From the IMG/VR virus record IMGVR_UViG_3300037602_000037: 64,000 nt of DNA. One strand, 5' to 3'. A model generated the notes under the pieces. It had not been told where the DNA came from, did not search any database, and saw nothing but the letters and a program-made list of their open reading frames with translations. Positions 17,172-25,593 of the stretch are shown piece by piece. This stretch comes from a virus. Lineage: Duplodnaviria > Caudoviricetes. The position numbers and the translations under genes are program-made. Positions within the stretch are counted from its first letter, which is position 1. Each line of letters begins with the position of its first letter.

Positions 17172-17717
17172 ATGAAAGTATCTTGTACTACAAAAGAAAC
17201 TAGGAAGCGAGATAAATTTTTGTTACCTTATTTAAGGAAACTATTTATTATAGACCAAGGTAAAGGTTTGGTACGTAGTAAATATTCGGGTAAACTAGTA
17301 GGTAAACCTCGTAATAAAAACTCTTATGGAGGTATAGGATTAAAAATAAATGGTAAATGCTATTTTATTAATACCCATAGGGTTATTTGGTTAGTATCAA
17401 AAGGTCTTGTACCCGTAGGTTACGTTATAAACCATAAAAACGGAGTCAAAAGTATATCTAAAATATCTAATTTAGAATGCATTTCAGCCGGAAATAATCA
17501 AAAACACGCTTACAGAAATAAATTGAGAAATATTTCTAATAATCCAGGTTCTAATAACGGCAATGCTCTTTTTACCAATAAACAGGTTAGTAAAATTCGT
17601 AAATTGTTTATTGGTAAAAAGAAAAGTAGAAATAACTTTTACAAAGTAGCTAAATTTTATGGTGTTTCTACCAATACAATACGTTCTATGGTAAACAATC
17701 AAACGTATAAAACATAA
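17172..17717 (+). CDS. HNH homing endonuclease (HNH + C-terminal HTH)
   Basis: HRVIW...INHKNG...SNLECIS..NN.KHA; KVAKFYGVSTNTIRS; true ATG at 17172 with AGGTG SD (the ORF-track start lies inside the tRNA). Confidence 0.88.
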   Translation: MKVSCTTKETRKRDKFLLPYLRKLFIIDQGKGLVRSKYSGKLVGKPRNKNSYGGIGLKINGKCYFINTHRVIWLVSKGLVPVGYVINHKNGVKSISKISNLECISAGNNQKHAYRNKLRNISNNPGSNNGNALFTNKQVSKIRKLFIGKKKSRNNFYKVAKFYGVSTNTIRSMVNNQTYKT

Positions 17718-17753
17718 GATTGGTTGGGGGTTCGAGTCCCTCCAGGCCCACCA
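17718..17753 (+). pseudogene. 3' fragment of interrupted tRNA (Ile-like)
   Basis: GAT-TGGTT-GGGGG-TTCGAGT-CCCTC-CAGGCCC-ACCA; CAGGCCC pairs with GGGCTTG at 17048. Confidence 0.85.
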
Positions 17754-17829
17754 TACTATATGCTATTCAAATTCCGCAATGGTGCGGATAGGCGGTTGCG
17801 GCCGTCGCTTTCGACTATAGGAGATAAGT

Positions 17830-18105
17830 ATGTCGGAATCTGAAGAAGTAAGCATGTCTGTTGAGTACCGCATTAAGGAAGTCAAACGTTATATTGTTAC
17901 TAGATGCTATAATATAACGGGTCCAGGTCAATCATCAGGAGGCGTCGAAGAACGCGGTGAATTTCAAAATGCGGATATAGCCTGGGAAGTAGGTTACGCT
18001 TTGTGTAAAGCCGAGCATGAACGACTCGGATATCCGGTAGATGATGAGCGAATCCAGTACCCTCGTCATCCTAGCAGTAGTATCGCTTCACCCAATGTTA
18101 GTTAA
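17830..18105 (+). CDS. hypothetical protein
   Basis: GGGAG SD, 91 aa. Confidence 0.6.
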   Translation: MSESEEVSMSVEYRIKEVKRYIVTRCYNITGPGQSSGGVEERGEFQNADIAWEVGYALCKAEHERLGYPVDDERIQYPRHPSSSIASPNVS

Positions 18106-18118
18106 GTAACTTAGAACC

Positions 18119-18148
18119 TGGCGGGCTAATAATAAAATTAGCCCGCCA
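18119..18148 (+). terminator. rho-independent terminator-like hairpin
   Basis: TGGCGGGCTAAT/ATTAGCCCGCCA followed by a T-rich tail. Confidence 0.6.
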
Positions 18149-18176
18149 ACTTATTTGAACGAAAATGGAGATAAGC

Positions 18177-18938
18177 ATGACTCAGAAGATTTTTATTGCT
18201 AAAAGCGACGTTAGTATTGATATTAAGGAAGGCCAGTTGTTCTATTATGAAAAAGGCGGTACGGTTGAACTAATTCCCTCTAACTTTGAACTAGTTCCAG
18301 AAGAACTACAACCAATAAACGCTGATTCTTTAGAGGAAAATGATTTTTTCCTTGACATAGAAAATGATTTGCGTATTGTGGGAGGGGTTACCTCTAAGTA
18401 CGTAGTAACCTTGCCGGTTGAAATTGAGTATACAACTGAAACTATTAGTGAAAAACCTCAACTTAAAGGCGGTCCTGATGTAAGTTTAATAGACGATGAT
18501 TACGACGATGACGACATTGAAGAAGATGATAAACCAATATTTGACACTAGTATGGTGCAGGTAATACGTAAAATTAGGGAGGACATCAAGTCTAAAGTAG
18601 TTAAAATGACTTATGAACAAGCTTTAAACTACGTTAAAGAAATAAGTGGTGAGACTTTTAATAAAAAATATGATGACGATGACGAAGGTAACGATGATTT
18701 CCGTAATCGTTACCTTCGTCGTGGCCATAGTAATATCCTTCCTTACCTTAACAAACACGGGCAAAGATGCGTAGTAACTTACCATTTAAAAATTGATGAT
18801 AAACCGGAAGTAATTAATAAAGAAAATTCCGTAATGTTTAAAAATGATGAGTTTTATAATAAGTTCAAACGCACGTCGCCAATAAAAAATAAAAGGAAAA
18901 TAGGTAGGAGTAAACGTGGTGTAGTAATACACAAATAG
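18177..18938 (+). CDS. hypothetical acidic protein
   Basis: GGAG SD before ATG 18177. Confidence 0.65.
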   Translation: MTQKIFIAKSDVSIDIKEGQLFYYEKGGTVELIPSNFELVPEELQPINADSLEENDFFLDIENDLRIVGGVTSKYVVTLPVEIEYTTETISEKPQLKGGPDVSLIDDDYDDDDIEEDDKPIFDTSMVQVIRKIREDIKSKVVKMTYEQALNYVKEISGETFNKKYDDDDEGNDDFRNRYLRRGHSNILPYLNKHGQRCVVTYHLKIDDKPEVINKENSVMFKNDEFYNKFKRTSPIKNKRKIGRSKRGVVIHK

Positions 18939-19073
18939 TACGCTGATCCGGGATGGGGATATTCCGTTGATCGCTACTATATCACAAAATGTTGACCGTG
19001 TTTTGTGATTAGCTTGACTAAATACCAGTTAGTAAACAAGCACGTCCATATTTGAACCTCGCGAATTATGGAC
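18936..19073 (+). ncRNA. tandem hairpin array
   Basis: Four adjacent stems, including ATCACAAAAT/GTTTTGTGAT and GTCCATA/TATGGAC. Confidence 0.4.
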
Positions 19074-19100
19074 AACGGTTTAATTTGAATGGAGATACAT

Positions 19101-19730
19101 ATGACTAAAGTAGTTATTCCCTTGACAGGTGGAATGGACTCTTCCTACATGGTGTACAAAGCCCTTAATATGGGCTTAGACGTTTACCCTCTTATCTTTG
19201 ACGATAGTTATGGTGGTTACTCCATGAGAGATAAGACTATCAAACCAGCTATTAGGGTACTACAACAAGCAGGACTTGCCCACAAAGTTCACATCATACC
19301 CTTCTTTCCCACCAATGTACATAAACTATCTGATGAGCACTACGGTTACACTCCGGGTAGGAATATGCTAATAGCTATGTCTAGTGTTGCTTATGCGGAG
19401 TTTGTTGGTGCTGATGAAGTATGGCTGGGTTTCAACGCTTCACAAGAAGGTTTTTACCCTGATCAAAATCAAAAAATGTTTGATGACATTTCTAATCTGT
19501 ATGAAAGCGTTTACAATTTCAAGGTCACCATTGTTCTTCCTCTTTTAGAAATGACTAGAAAGGAAGTAGTAATTTGGGGTACTCAGCTAGGAGTACCTTT
19601 TGAAGAGACTGTTAGCTGTGTTAATACACCAATATCTGTAAATTGTGGTAAGTGTAACAGGTGTAAAGAACGAAAAGAAGCTTTTAAGTCAGCTGGTATA
19701 CCGGATAAAACCATCTACTATGGGGATTAG
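19101..19730 (+). CDS. queC: QueC-like 7-cyano-7-deazaguanine synthase family protein
   Basis: TGGMDS PP-loop, PGRN, YPD, TVSC...CGKCNRC..R zinc motif. Confidence 0.85.
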   Translation: MTKVVIPLTGGMDSSYMVYKALNMGLDVYPLIFDDSYGGYSMRDKTIKPAIRVLQQAGLAHKVHIIPFFPTNVHKLSDEHYGYTPGRNMLIAMSSVAYAEFVGADEVWLGFNASQEGFYPDQNQKMFDDISNLYESVYNFKVTIVLPLLEMTRKEVVIWGTQLGVPFEETVSCVNTPISVNCGKCNRCKERKEAFKSAGIPDKTIYYGD

Positions 19731-19731
19731 C

Positions 19732-19971
19732 ATGAATGACTATAGAATGATAATTATCCATACAATAAACATTGTAGCAATTTCCGTTATAATTGTATTA
19801 ATGTCTGCATTTGGCCATACTATCCCATATATCTACAATGTTCTATTGTATGATGGTTTAAGTAAAACGTCGGCTATTGGCATTTTAACATCTTTTACGC
19901 TAATTGTATTAGTAGTGTTAGTAGCAGCAATATTCAAAATACAATCACTAACTAAAATGTTGAAGGAATAG
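19732..19971 (+). CDS. membrane protein with 2 TM helices
   Basis: Hydrophobic segments; ATG at 19732. Confidence 0.55.
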   Translation: MNDYRMIIIHTINIVAISVIIVLMSAFGHTIPYIYNVLLYDGLSKTSAIGILTSFTLIVLVVLVAAIFKIQSLTKMLKE

Positions 19972-19976
19972 TTACA

Positions 19977-20326
19977 ATGTTAAAAATAGTAGCCAAATTA
20001 ATACTTTTTTTATCTTCATTATTTTGCTTTTACTAGTTCTATCTTTAACCGGAATGTATAACAGGGTAGAAGCGCACGAGGCTCCTACCGGATGGACTTA
20101 TCCCACGTCTTGTTGCAGCAATAAAGATTGTAGGGAAGTTCCCCACACAGAAATAATCGAAACCCCAAATGGATATCTTATTTCTACTACGAATGAACTA
20201 ATACCTTATGACGATAAACGTATACGGGAAAGCCCGGACGGTTTACACCATAGATGCGCGAGAAGTAACAATTTTACTCCTGACGGTGAAACTCTTTGTA
20301 TATTTGTACCACCGAGCTTATTTTAG
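19977..20326 (+). CDS. secreted Cys-rich protein, frameshifted at a T7 run
   Basis: SD plus ATG at 19977; a -1 shift at 20005-20011 restores the signal peptide in frame with AHEAPTGWTYPTSCCSNKDC. Confidence 0.6.
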
Positions 20327-20337
20327 TTCATTCAATG

Positions 20338-20384
20338 GTTGAAAAGGCGGGTAACTCTTTTTGGAGCTGTCCCGCCTTTTCAAC
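20338..20384. terminator. bidirectional terminator
   Basis: GTTGAAAAGGCGGG/CCCGCCTTTTCAAC between convergent genes. Confidence 0.75.
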
Positions 20385-20391
20385 GTCTATA

Positions 20392-20787
20392 CTAGTATAT
20401 TTTTTTAAGACGCACGTAAGCCTTTGTTGCGTTATGTAGTTTCTTTTTCTTAATCTTTTTCTTAGGTACCCATTCGTACTTAGAACTTTCTTCATTAATC
20501 TTAACTTTGGGAAATTCGTCAACCACTACTTTGTAATAGGCCATCGCTCTATTACGTAAAGTAATCGAGGTCATAAACTTCATTTGCTTAGGTTTAATAC
20601 CTTTTAAACCAGCTTCTTCTTTGGACTCACGAAGAACTGCTTCGATAGGAGATTCACCGGGATCAATATTTCCTCCTGGAAAGTTCCAAAGTCCAGGATT
20701 ATTGGCTTTTGGTCCTCTCTTTAGCATTAGTATTTTGTCTTGACATTCTAATATCAGCCAAGACGACTTCTTGAAATTTTTAGCCAT
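20392..20787 (-). CDS. NUDIX hydrolase
   Basis: Nudix box GGNIDPGESPIEAVLRESKEEAGL. Confidence 0.92.
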   Translation of the reverse strand: MAKNFKKSSWLILECQDKILMLKRGPKANNPGLWNFPGGNIDPGESPIEAVLRESKEEAGLKGIKPKQMKFMTSITLRNRAMAYYKVVVDEFPKVKINEESSKYEWVPKKKIKKKKLHNATKAYVRLKKIY

Positions 20788-20858
20788 AATTATATTCCTG
20801 GGTTAAAGGTAGATAGATACCGTTGTATACTATATAATTAGGTTGAACACATGTAAAG

Positions 20859-20886
20859 GTGACATTACCGTAAAATAGTGTATAAT
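20859..20886 (+). promoter_or_regulatory. sigma70-like promoter upstream of thyA
   Basis: GTGACA-N16-TATAAT. Confidence 0.35.
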
Positions 20887-20952
20887 ATGTTTCGAAGGAT
20901 TAGCGTCAAATAACTTTTGAAACAACCAAATTAGGTAAATAGGATACAAGAT

Positions 20953-21918
20953 ATGAATAACACAGACGAAATTTACCATGATCTATTGAAAAAAGTTTTG
21001 AAGATGCCTGCTAGAGATGACAGAACAGGTACTGGTACACATAGTTTGTTTGGTGCTCAGCTACGATTCAGGAACACATACGAATACTTTCCTTTGGTTT
21101 CTACCAAGAAAGTGTTCTTTAAGGGTGTTGTGCATGAGTTGTTGTGGATGCTATCAGGTGATACTAACATCAAACCTTTAGTAGATGCTGGAGTTAACAT
21201 TTGGAATGATTGGCCTTTAAAGAATTATAATGACGTTATTAATACCTTTAATTTTGATGGTATTGATCGTCAGCTTACTATGGAACAGTATATCAATAAA
21301 ATTAAGACGGACGATGCATTTGCTTCCAAGTGGGGTGACTGCGGTCCTATTTACGGGTACCAGTGGAGGAAATGGCCGATATTCAATGAAATGTCTGAAG
21401 AGTACGGTGGTAATAACTCTATTGACCAGATTCAATTAGCTGTGGACACCTTGAAAAATAACCCGAATAGCAGGCGTATTATTGTAAATACTTGGAACGT
21501 GGCTGACATAGAAGATATGCAAATTTCAGGACTACCTCCGTGCCATATGATGTTCCAGTTCTATACAAGAGAAGTAGAAGAAAATAGAATGTTGGACTGC
21601 CAAGTTTATATTCGTTCTAATGATCTATTTCTTGGGGCTCCATTTAACATTGCTCAATATGCTCTACTAATGCATATTATAGCTAAGAACGTAGGTATGA
21701 TTCCTGGAGACCTTGTGTATACTATTGGGGATGCTCATATTTACACTAATCACGTAGAAGCAGTTAAGCAACAACTAGATCGTGAAATGAGTCACGAACC
21801 TATTACAGTTCGCATCGCTGCTACGGAAGGAACTCCGTTTACTGATATCAAGCCAGAGCATATTGTTCTTGAGGGCTATAACCCACAAGCCGCAATCAAG
21901 GCTAAAGTCGCAGTGTAA
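20953..21918 (+). CDS. thyA: thymidylate synthase
   Basis: DRTGTGT, GPIYGYQWR, LPPCH, RSNDLFLGAPFN, GDAHIY. Confidence 0.97.
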   Translation: MNNTDEIYHDLLKKVLKMPARDDRTGTGTHSLFGAQLRFRNTYEYFPLVSTKKVFFKGVVHELLWMLSGDTNIKPLVDAGVNIWNDWPLKNYNDVINTFNFDGIDRQLTMEQYINKIKTDDAFASKWGDCGPIYGYQWRKWPIFNEMSEEYGGNNSIDQIQLAVDTLKNNPNSRRIIVNTWNVADIEDMQISGLPPCHMMFQFYTREVEENRMLDCQVYIRSNDLFLGAPFNIAQYALLMHIIAKNVGMIPGDLVYTIGDAHIYTNHVEAVKQQLDREMSHEPITVRIAATEGTPFTDIKPEHIVLEGYNPQAAIKAKVAV

Positions 21919-21935
21919 TAAGGAACCTAATTACA

Positions 21936-22370
21936 ATGGATATCTCAAAAAGAAACTTTTTAAAGATAGCTGCGGGTACTGTTGCTGTAGCAGGTCTAGG
22001 ATGGAAATACCCTCCAGCAATTATTACTAACTCTGATAGTGCTCTTAGCAAGGTTAATTCGAATTTAATCATTAACCGAATTAAACGCGATATAGTACAA
22101 ATTCATTTAGAAACTTACGATCATGAAGAAGGTTTTACTAATGATCACAATTTTAGAAGACTAAATGCGTCATTAGCAACTAAAATTTTAGATAAATACC
22201 AAAAGGATAATCTGATTTATGATTTCCAAGTAATATGCAATGACGTAAATAACCCGCCTCTAGTTGTAGCTGATAATGATTTTTGTTTATCAGCTTTCGT
22301 TATTGTAAAAAACTCAACTAAAATAAATAAGATACAAATAGGTTATTCTGATTACTCAGTTACTTTGTAA
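21936..22370 (+). CDS. stand-alone tail-sheath C-terminal-like domain with Tat-like leader
   Basis: SKRNFLK leader; LIYDFQVICNDVNNPP resembles the sheath's GLYDYRIKCDDDNNPP. Confidence 0.55.
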   Translation: MDISKRNFLKIAAGTVAVAGLGWKYPPAIITNSDSALSKVNSNLIINRIKRDIVQIHLETYDHEEGFTNDHNFRRLNASLATKILDKYQKDNLIYDFQVICNDVNNPPLVVADNDFCLSAFVIVKNSTKINKIQIGYSDYSVTL

Positions 22371-22383
22371 AAGGACTACTGAT

Positions 22384-22584
22384 ATGCCAGCCGCTGTAAA
22401 GAAATTAGCACGTAGAATATGGTACGATTGTAGGGGCAGTATACTTCTTAGCCTCACTTTAACACTACCAGCAGGCTCGTTTTTAGCATTCAACGGTGTA
22501 GACTGGAGTATTATACTAAAAATGATGTTGGTGTTATCAGTTTCTTCTTGGGCCATACTGTACTGGCTAATAGGAATCAAATAG
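22384..22584 (+). CDS. small membrane protein with 2 TM helices
   Basis: Hydrophobic helices, AAGGA SD. Confidence 0.55.
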   Translation: MPAAVKKLARRIWYDCRGSILLSLTLTLPAGSFLAFNGVDWSIILKMMLVLSVSSWAILYWLIGIK

Positions 22585-22591
22585 GTGTACT

Positions 22592-23401
22592 ATGTCCAAA
22601 GTTCTTTGTATGTTGGTCATAGCCGGGTACACTAGTACCTGTGAGTTACCACGTTATGATCATTACGATGCTAAATTAGAGAATTACGTATTACAGCCAT
22701 ATGATTCTTCATATTCTTCCTTGGGCTATTTTTCTGGCTTACTACAAGTAAAACCGGGTAGCAAAATACCGGATAATCTTAATTTAGCAGCTATACCTGT
22801 ACCCATTGAAAAACCTAAATATACCCCACCTAAACCTAGGAAATCAGCATCAAAAAATAAAAGTAAGCCTAAGAAAAAACCCAATAAAACAATTAGTAAG
22901 GAAGCAAGTGATAATCTAGTATTGTCTTTCGTGCAGCCAGCCAGAGAAGGCTTATCCGCCTTACTGAGAGGTAATGACGGAGATAATGAAACTACTAAAA
23001 ATCCTGTCAAGAAACCTAAGAAAAAGAGTAGTAACTCTGAAAACTATAGAGGTAAAGTAAGACTAATAAAATCAGATGGTAATGAAATAGTTGATTGCTT
23101 CCGTAAGCATAAGCAGCTTTGGAATGCTCTAAAACTAATAGATCGTAAGTACGGCCCTATTATAGTTGAGAGCGGTTATAGAAGTCGTGCTTACAACGAT
23201 AATTTGAGAAGAAAAGGACGAGGGGCTGCTAAAAATTCACTGCATATTCAGTGCAGGGCTGCTGATATACGAGCTAAAAGAGCATCCGTAACCCAACTAG
23301 CTAGGTACGCCAAACAATTACAAAGAGAAGGAAAAATTGGAGGTGTTGGGATATACAGAAGTTGGGTACACATAGATAATGGACGAACTAGATCATGGTA
23401 G
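22592..23401 (+). CDS. peptidase M15A (YcbK-like) cell-wall peptidase
   Basis: SGYRS...NSLH...AADI...GGVGIY..WVHID. Confidence 0.85.
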   Translation: MSKVLCMLVIAGYTSTCELPRYDHYDAKLENYVLQPYDSSYSSLGYFSGLLQVKPGSKIPDNLNLAAIPVPIEKPKYTPPKPRKSASKNKSKPKKKPNKTISKEASDNLVLSFVQPAREGLSALLRGNDGDNETTKNPVKKPKKKSSNSENYRGKVRLIKSDGNEIVDCFRKHKQLWNALKLIDRKYGPIIVESGYRSRAYNDNLRRKGRGAAKNSLHIQCRAADIRAKRASVTQLARYAKQLQREGKIGGVGIYRSWVHIDNGRTRSW

Positions 23402-23455
23402 GTTACTACGACGAATTAATTCATTAATATAATCTATTTATTAGAGGAATTAATC

Positions 23456-23944
23456 ATGCCTAACTTAGAAACAGCCGCGAAACAACTTTTGAATAATCGT
23501 AATTTAGCTGTTCAATATTGGTTAAATGCGCATCAAAAAGGTAAAATTAAAAAATACAATAAATTCGGGGTTTTTAAAGCTGATATAGTAGAAAAGGAAG
23601 TAAGAGTAAAAACCATTATAAATGGAAAGATAGAAACTGAAAATACTGCTAAACCCGGTGATTACATTTTAACTGGTTCAAAAAATGAAAAATACGTGCT
23701 AACCGCGGATAAGTTAAAAGATAGGTACGTACCAATACCAGGAGAAGACGGTAAGTACAAGGCAGTAGGAACTTGCTATGGTGTAAAATATTTAGGCAAT
23801 TCTTTTACTTTTAAAGCACCTTGGGGAGAAACTATGGTATGTAAAAATGGAGATATGATAGTATCTACTCATCATAACCCCAATTTAGCTAAAAAGGATA
23901 TTTATAGAATTGAAGCAAACGCGTTTAAAGCGACATACAAGTAA
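23456..23944 (+). CDS. PGDYG-like domain protein
   Basis: AKPGDYILTG..EKY; APWGE..GD. Confidence 0.6.
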   Translation: MPNLETAAKQLLNNRNLAVQYWLNAHQKGKIKKYNKFGVFKADIVEKEVRVKTIINGKIETENTAKPGDYILTGSKNEKYVLTADKLKDRYVPIPGEDGKYKAVGTCYGVKYLGNSFTFKAPWGETMVCKNGDMIVSTHHNPNLAKKDIYRIEANAFKATYK

Positions 23945-23976
23945 TATTATAGTAATAAGTAATTAAGAGTGTTAAA

Positions 23977-24237
23977 ATGGATTACTACATAAGATATTGG
24001 TTACGCAATTCCTCTGAACCTATGTGCTTTACTAAACACAGCGGTAGTATGCCTGTTCCACATTTGGGTACTTCCATATTTTTATTAGGGGAGGTATATA
24101 AAATAACTGATGTTATAATGGGTTGTTCAAAATATAATGAAATAGACGTTATTGTTGAGCAACATAAAGGTATGCGTAGGATATCTCTACTTGATATGGT
24201 TAATAAAATTAGGAAGTATAATAATGGCCAAAATTAA
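23977..24237 (+). CDS. hypothetical protein
   Basis: ORF track. Confidence 0.5.
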   Translation: MDYYIRYWLRNSSEPMCFTKHSGSMPVPHLGTSIFLLGEVYKITDVIMGCSKYNEIDVIVEQHKGMRRISLLDMVNKIRKYNNGQN

Positions 24238-24421
24238 AGAAATTTCCTTAACTTTGAAGCGTACTATTTCAGACGGAGATTATGGTAGTATTGGATTTAG
24301 TGTAGGTGAAGTAGTATCCTTAGAGGAAGACGACGATATGGATAGAGAGTATAAAAAGTTGAGTAAACGACTTGAAAATAAAGGTACTAAACTGTTTAAT
24401 AAGCTCAAAAGTGCTGTTTAA
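24224..24421 (+). CDS. hypothetical protein
   Basis: ATG at 24224 (MAKIKEISL) with AGGA SD. Confidence 0.55.
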   Translation: MAKIKEISLTLKRTISDGDYGSIGFSVGEVVSLEEDDDMDREYKKLSKRLENKGTKLFNKLKSAV

Positions 24422-24684
24422 TACTCAATTGAATACTGCACTATTTCATCCCTATTGACGGATGCTGATAAGTATATTTCACTTCCAGAAGGTACCATAT
24501 CTGAAGTAAACTTATTATTAATAAGTATTGATTTCCAAGGTCTTACCCCATGCTTATAATGTATGGTAGTAGGAACATCATTACGCAGTAATTCTAATTT
24601 GAAAGAAGAAATAATAGTGATAGATGGTGATTCTACAATAGTCCGGTAATGCTGACTACCAGTTAGTTCTCCACAACTTTTCAT
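24418..24684 (-). CDS. hypothetical protein
   Basis: Last gene of the minus-strand operon; start taken at the ATG after the PAAR stop. Confidence 0.5.
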   Translation of the reverse strand: MKSCGELTGSQHYRTIVESPSITIISSFKLELLRNDVPTTIHYKHGVRPWKSILINNKFTSDMVPSGSEIYLSASVNRDEIVQYSIEY

Positions 24685-24685
24685 C

Positions 24686-24943
24686 CTATAACCCTCCGAT
24701 GAAAACATTTGGAGAGCCTGAAGCTCGCGGATCGCCAGATTCATCTGCATCACCCTTTCTATTAACCGGTTTACCCTCTATGGAAACCGTTGAAGACCCA
24801 TTAGCTGTACGTATTCCAGGTCCAATAATAGTACTGCCGTCTACGCTGGCAAGTTTTTCATTTATGAAAACTGAGCTTTGTGGAATAGAAGATATAACAC
24901 CACCAGCTTCATTTGCATCACCTAATCTATGAGCATCTTTCAT
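24686..24943 (-). CDS. PAAR-repeat spike tip protein
   Basis: AHRLGD, GSSTVSIEGKPVNRKGD, GSPNVFIGG. Confidence 0.9.
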   Translation of the reverse strand: MKDAHRLGDANEAGGVISSIPQSSVFINEKLASVDGSTIIGPGIRTANGSSTVSIEGKPVNRKGDADESGDPRASGSPNVFIGGL

Positions 24944-25297
24944 TTATTTATCTTTCAGTTTACTTTCTACCCATTTTTTACCCGGATCGCCACCCCATAG
25001 TAACCAAGCTATATATCCAGCACTTGGATTTTCTTTGTTATCCCAATTTTTACCTTTCTTGTCTACTTCATGACGTGCGAAATAACTCTTCATACGCTTC
25101 ATAGTAGATAATGATAGGTTCTTTTGGTTACTTAAATCTCGCGCCCTAGCGACACCTACCTGGGTACCTCCACGTTTAAACTTTTTACGTAGCTCTAGTC
25201 CTTTTTTGGCAGCGTTAGCGACTGCTTTTGGAGGACTAAAAGATTCAGAAGCTGTTTCAACCATATTAGCTATTATGTCATTCAGGGGTTTGGACAC
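24944..25297 (-). CDS. conserved phage protein
   Basis: GGTQVGVARA..RMKSYFARH..IAWLLWGGD motif. Confidence 0.7.
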   Translation of the reverse strand: MSKPLNDIIANMVETASESFSPPKAVANAAKKGLELRKKFKRGGTQVGVARARDLSNQKNLSLSTMKRMKSYFARHEVDKKGKNWDNKENPSAGYIAWLLWGGDPGKKWVESKLKDK

Positions 25298-25592
25298 GTT
25301 TCACCTCTACTATATCAGCACCAATAATTACGAAACTGCCAGTACCCTTAATACGGTACTCTTCACAGTTGTAACCAGTAATGTTTTGTATTCCTACAGA
25401 AAGATCTTCAAGTTTAATCCAGTCAAGACCATGACCCATATGACCTTCAAGGTCTAATACTCCATCGGCTAGTACCTGTATAGTGACGTCTTTTAAAAAT
25501 CCTTCCGGACCTGCATTGTACGCACCTATTCGATTGACTTTGAAGTTAAATTCTTCATCGTCAAGAGTTCGATAATAATTACTTGTACCCAT
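25278..25592 (-). CDS. hypothetical protein
   Basis: ORF track, operon context. Confidence 0.55.
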   Translation of the reverse strand: MGTSNYYRTLDDEEFNFKVNRIGAYNAGPEGFLKDVTIQVLADGVLDLEGHMGHGLDWIKLEDLSVGIQNITGYNCEEYRIKGTGSFVIIGADIVEVKRVQTPE

Positions 25593-25593
25593 T

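Larger units (their letters stand above)
17072..17717 (+). mobile_element. tRNA(CAU) + HNH cassette inserted in a tRNA gene
   Basis: Lies exactly between two complementary tRNA fragments. Confidence 0.75.

Noticed and set aside
15437-17753. Group I intron or prophage att-site explanation for the split tRNAs
   Set aside because: There is no space for an intron core (the inserts are just tRNA plus ORF), exon bases are missing, no integrase is present, and the tRNA is not restored by duplication.
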